A stretch of 63,898 nucleotides of DNA, filler included, from Corallochytrium limacisporum Hawaii (Eukaryota; Protista; Pluriformea), in assembly GCA_002811645.1 (NCBI GenBank). It is 5 parts of 5 records of this genome, joined end to end, with 100 filler letters (N's around TTAATTAATTAA, not from the genome) between each part and the next. Parts side by side here need not be neighbours in the genome. Positions count along the whole stretch, not along the records: positions 53,857 to 62,724 come from PDIP01000169.1; positions 62,825 to 63,898 come from PDIP01000241.1; 3 more parts are not named here. One strand, given 5' to 3'. Of the stretch, positions 60,959-63,898 are shown piece by piece; position 1 is the first letter of the stretch, and every line of letters begins with the position of its first letter. The translations under genes were made by a program, and so were the position numbers. The notes under the pieces were generated by a model. The model saw only the letters and a program-made list of their open reading frames with translations, was not told the origin of the DNA and did not search any database.

Positions 60959-61216
60959 TTAGTACTTGCAGGTGCCAACTGGGAAACCCCTGTCACAGGT
61001 CAGAGGCCAGCAGCAGTCAGAGTTGCTGCTGCAGGGCCAGCCGTAAACAGGGCTGCATGCAGCAACAGCTTCCTTCTGGCTGTCGGGAAGGAGCTTCACG
61101 TAGGTCTCAATGAATTGCTCAGAAGCTTCCTTGAGCTGAGCCAAATCATCCTGCTCAGAGGGAGCAGCCATAGCGCCAACAATGGCAAGGGCACAAACAA
61201 CGACGAAGGACTTCAT
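60959..61216 (-). CDS. Secreted cystine-knot (ICK) prepropeptide 2
   Basis: MKSFVVVCALAIVGAMAAP signal, acidic propeptide, C-x7-C-x5-CC-x4-C-x8-C. Confidence 0.88.
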   Translation of the reverse strand: MKSFVVVCALAIVGAMAAPSEQDDLAQLKEASEQFIETYVKLLPDSQKEAVAACSPVYGWPCSSNSDCCWPLTCDRGFPVGTCKY

Positions 61217-61296
61217 TTTGATAATTGAACTGAACTGATGAACAGACTTGAATATTGGAGAATCTGATCACTTGCTAATGAATCTGATCGCTCGCG

Positions 61297-61307
61297 CTTA
61301 AATACCT
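61297..61307 (-). promoter_or_regulatory. AGGTATTTAAG TATA-like motif upstream of knottin 2
   Basis: About 81 nt upstream of ATG 61216. Confidence 0.55.
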
Positions 61308-63898
61308 TCCCCTGCAAACACTGATGAAAGAATTACTAAGCTTATGAGAATCAGTTTTAAGCCCAGAAACACCATGTTCCCACGAACTTGTGTACACTGT
61401 GCATTTAATGACATCCCAGGCCGCTGTATCGCAGATTCCATCTCGGACATGATGTCCTCATCCGCCTTAAATGGAGCCAGCTGTTGTGCCGTAGATTTGA
61501 TTATAACGACCATATGTGGCTAAATTGAAGTTAAAGATACCACAAGGACAATGACATCCTTTTCTGTGGTTAGTGTAGATTCCACCGCCTGGCAATATAC
61601 CGTCTCCTGTTCTTCTAGTTACCCTTCCCGTGGTCTGAGGAGCTACCTGCGGGAGGCAGCCCTCGGCGGCCCTTCTCCCCGCCCGCTTCTCCCCGAACAG
61701 AAAAGAAGTGGGAAGGGGAGAGGGGGGAAAGGGGAAGACCCCTATCCATGGTAGTCAAGGGTCACTCCGTTGCTTATTGGCGCAGTGGTGTGCGTAGTTG
61801 GACTCCATCCCGTCCAACCCAACCTCGAGGTGGTTTCACAACAAGCTTTATGGTGTACATTCATCAATTGTATAATCCTGCTAGAGCGACAAGACAATTA
61901 AGTAACATTTCTGAGACACCGGACTGTATGATGTAACTTAACTGGTTCCGGGCAGCCATAGCGGTGTATTCGTTCTGGTCACAATGGATGCTGAGAGTGA
62001 CGCCATCAGACACTTGTGGAAACTCTCCTGGAATTTCCTGTACATCCTTCCTCGTTGTATGGTCTTTTGACGTATGGTCAACTGTTGAACAATCGAAGGA
62101 GGGACACCATGGACCACTGACCAGATAACAACAGCTTCAACGGTGATGGGCAGGTCTCCCGTGCCAATGCGTGGGGATGAGAAACAAAGATGGACTGCCT
62201 TTGATTACATGACATTGTTAGATGCGACGGTACTGGCTGGCCCGAAGGTGATAAAGACGAGAAGGACAGGGAGGTTGCCGGCTTTGGGCACATGGGGCGC
62301 GTGTGTGAAAACTTGGGTATTGCAACCCCGTCAGGAGAATATTGCACAGACGCGCAAAGGAGATGGACATACAGTCGTAATCACGATCCCACTTAGTAAT
62401 GTTCTTGCCCGTGGCTGTAGCCTCTTGGTCTCAGCCATGTGACAACGCGGTCCGGGTGCTTCCCTTCGTTCTTGCCATCCCTGTCTTCCCAAATGTAACA
62501 TGGTGCTACTGTGGGTAAGATAAAACGAATGTGCCTGACGAATCCCTTCATCCTCAATTCAATAGCTACTGCGTTGTGTTTTGGAACGTTGGTGCGCCCG
62601 TTAAAATTAGTCACAATTTGAAACTCTCTCCGGGCCTAATACTTTCATACTACCAACCTCTGTTCAATAAAAAAGTGCATAATTTACATTATGGTTTGAA
62701 AGCTTCGTTTGAATCTTATAAAATNNNNNNNNNNNNNNNNNNNNNNNNNNNNNNNNNNNNNNNNNNNNTTAATTAATTAANNNNNNNNNNNNNNNNNNNN
62801 NNNNNNNNNNNNNNNNNNNNNNNNCTCCCCCCCTTCTCTCCGCCCCCGCCCCCGCACAGGCAGAGCACAGATTCTCCAGGCCCGCGCTGCACATTTGGAC
62901 CTCGGAGAGAAAAAGGGGGGGTCTTTGGGTAGAAGAAGGCTAAGGGACCGCCGCTGTGGTCGAGTACTTTACCGCTGGGGGTGGGGCTTTGAAAGGAAGG
63001 AAGGGGGGAGGAGGGGAAAGGAGTGCAAAACGCCAGTTGGCGCGCTGCCTTCCGCGTGTGTGGCTTGGGGGTTTCTTTTTACTTTCTCTCTTTTCTTTGG
63101 GGCCGATTTTTTCTTCATCAACGCTCCGTTCCTTCGCCCNNNNNNNNNNNNNNNNNNNGGGGCTTTGAAAGGAAGGAAGGGGGGAGGAGGGGAAAGGAGT
63201 GCAAAACGCCAGTTGGCGCGCTGCCTTCCGCGTGTGTGGCTTGGGGTTTTCTTTTTACTTTCTCTCTTTTCTTTGGGGCCGATTTTTTCTTCATCAACGC
63301 TCCGTTCCTTCGCCCTGCCGCTGGCCGGCGAGATCGCCTTGATTTTGTACTGGACACCGGTGCTCACCTTTGGGGGCCGCCGGAAACAACGAGGCCAGGA
63401 CCTCGTTCCGTATCTCGGCTTGCCCAACATTACCACACACACACACTCTTGAACGTGCGCGTCTTCATCCTCAGCTACGTGTAGCTGCTTGTACACGTCA
63501 ACTCACACAGGAGCTTCAACGGAAAAGCGTCAAGGGTGTTAAGGGATCGCAAAATGATTGCTCGGCTCCGAGACACACCAACAGCCACGGGGCTGCTAAG
63601 CAAACAATCAATATTGGAGGAACAAAGCGAACGACGGGCGGTACCGATCGGCGCGCGCGCCAGCTGCAGCACGGAAATGAATCGACACCCGTCGGGCGCT
63701 AGGTACAGATACCGGTCTCTTGCCACTGCCATAGCCAAATGTCTTTTCTTCAGCACACAGGCGCCCCGAGACACTAAGAGCCCTTTACATTGCACAGTGG
63801 AGAAAAGCTTTGGCACCAGCAGTGTAGGATCGCGCGAAGGCTTGTACAAACCCGCCGTACGAGCTCCATACCCACCTACATTCTCTGGCGCAATATCT

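Noticed and set aside
62984-63314. ~155-bp direct repeat around an N gap
   Set aside because: Same unmerged-overlap artefact.

Overview
Eukaryotic genomic DNA (standard code, TTAGGG telomere repeat) from a gene-dense, apparently intron-poor unicellular eukaryote. The gene content looks opisthokont-like; a lineage such as Corallochytrium is a guess I cannot confirm. The window is five separate contigs/scaffolds joined by artificial N44-TTAATTAATTAA-N44 linkers (1-30638, 30739-40555, 40656-53756, 53857-62724, 62825-end), so adjacency across linkers means nothing. Recognisable genes: two S53 sedolisin/TPP1-like peptidases, RPN12, RPN9, a large GxSxG alpha/beta-hydrolase, Fpg, NFU1, NOT2, a Nudix hydrolase, SKI2, a TMEM198-like protein with a Pro/Thr stalk, a FluG/NodGS fusion and an MCT-type MFS transporter. 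Most notable: (i) a 9-kb contig carries a secreted aerolysin/ETX-MTX2-like pore former and two paralogous conotoxin-like (C-C-CC-C-C knottin) prepropeptides, all three preceded by the same AGGTA[T/C]TTAAG upstream motif, a candidate toxin/defence locus; (ii) a recurrent Cn-Gn palindrome/GC island lies about 200-600 bp upstream of most genes and never between convergent 3' ends; (iii) decaying genes: a KATNAL2 pseudogene, a heavily eroded Rpt6-like ATPase ghost and an S53 C-terminal relic.
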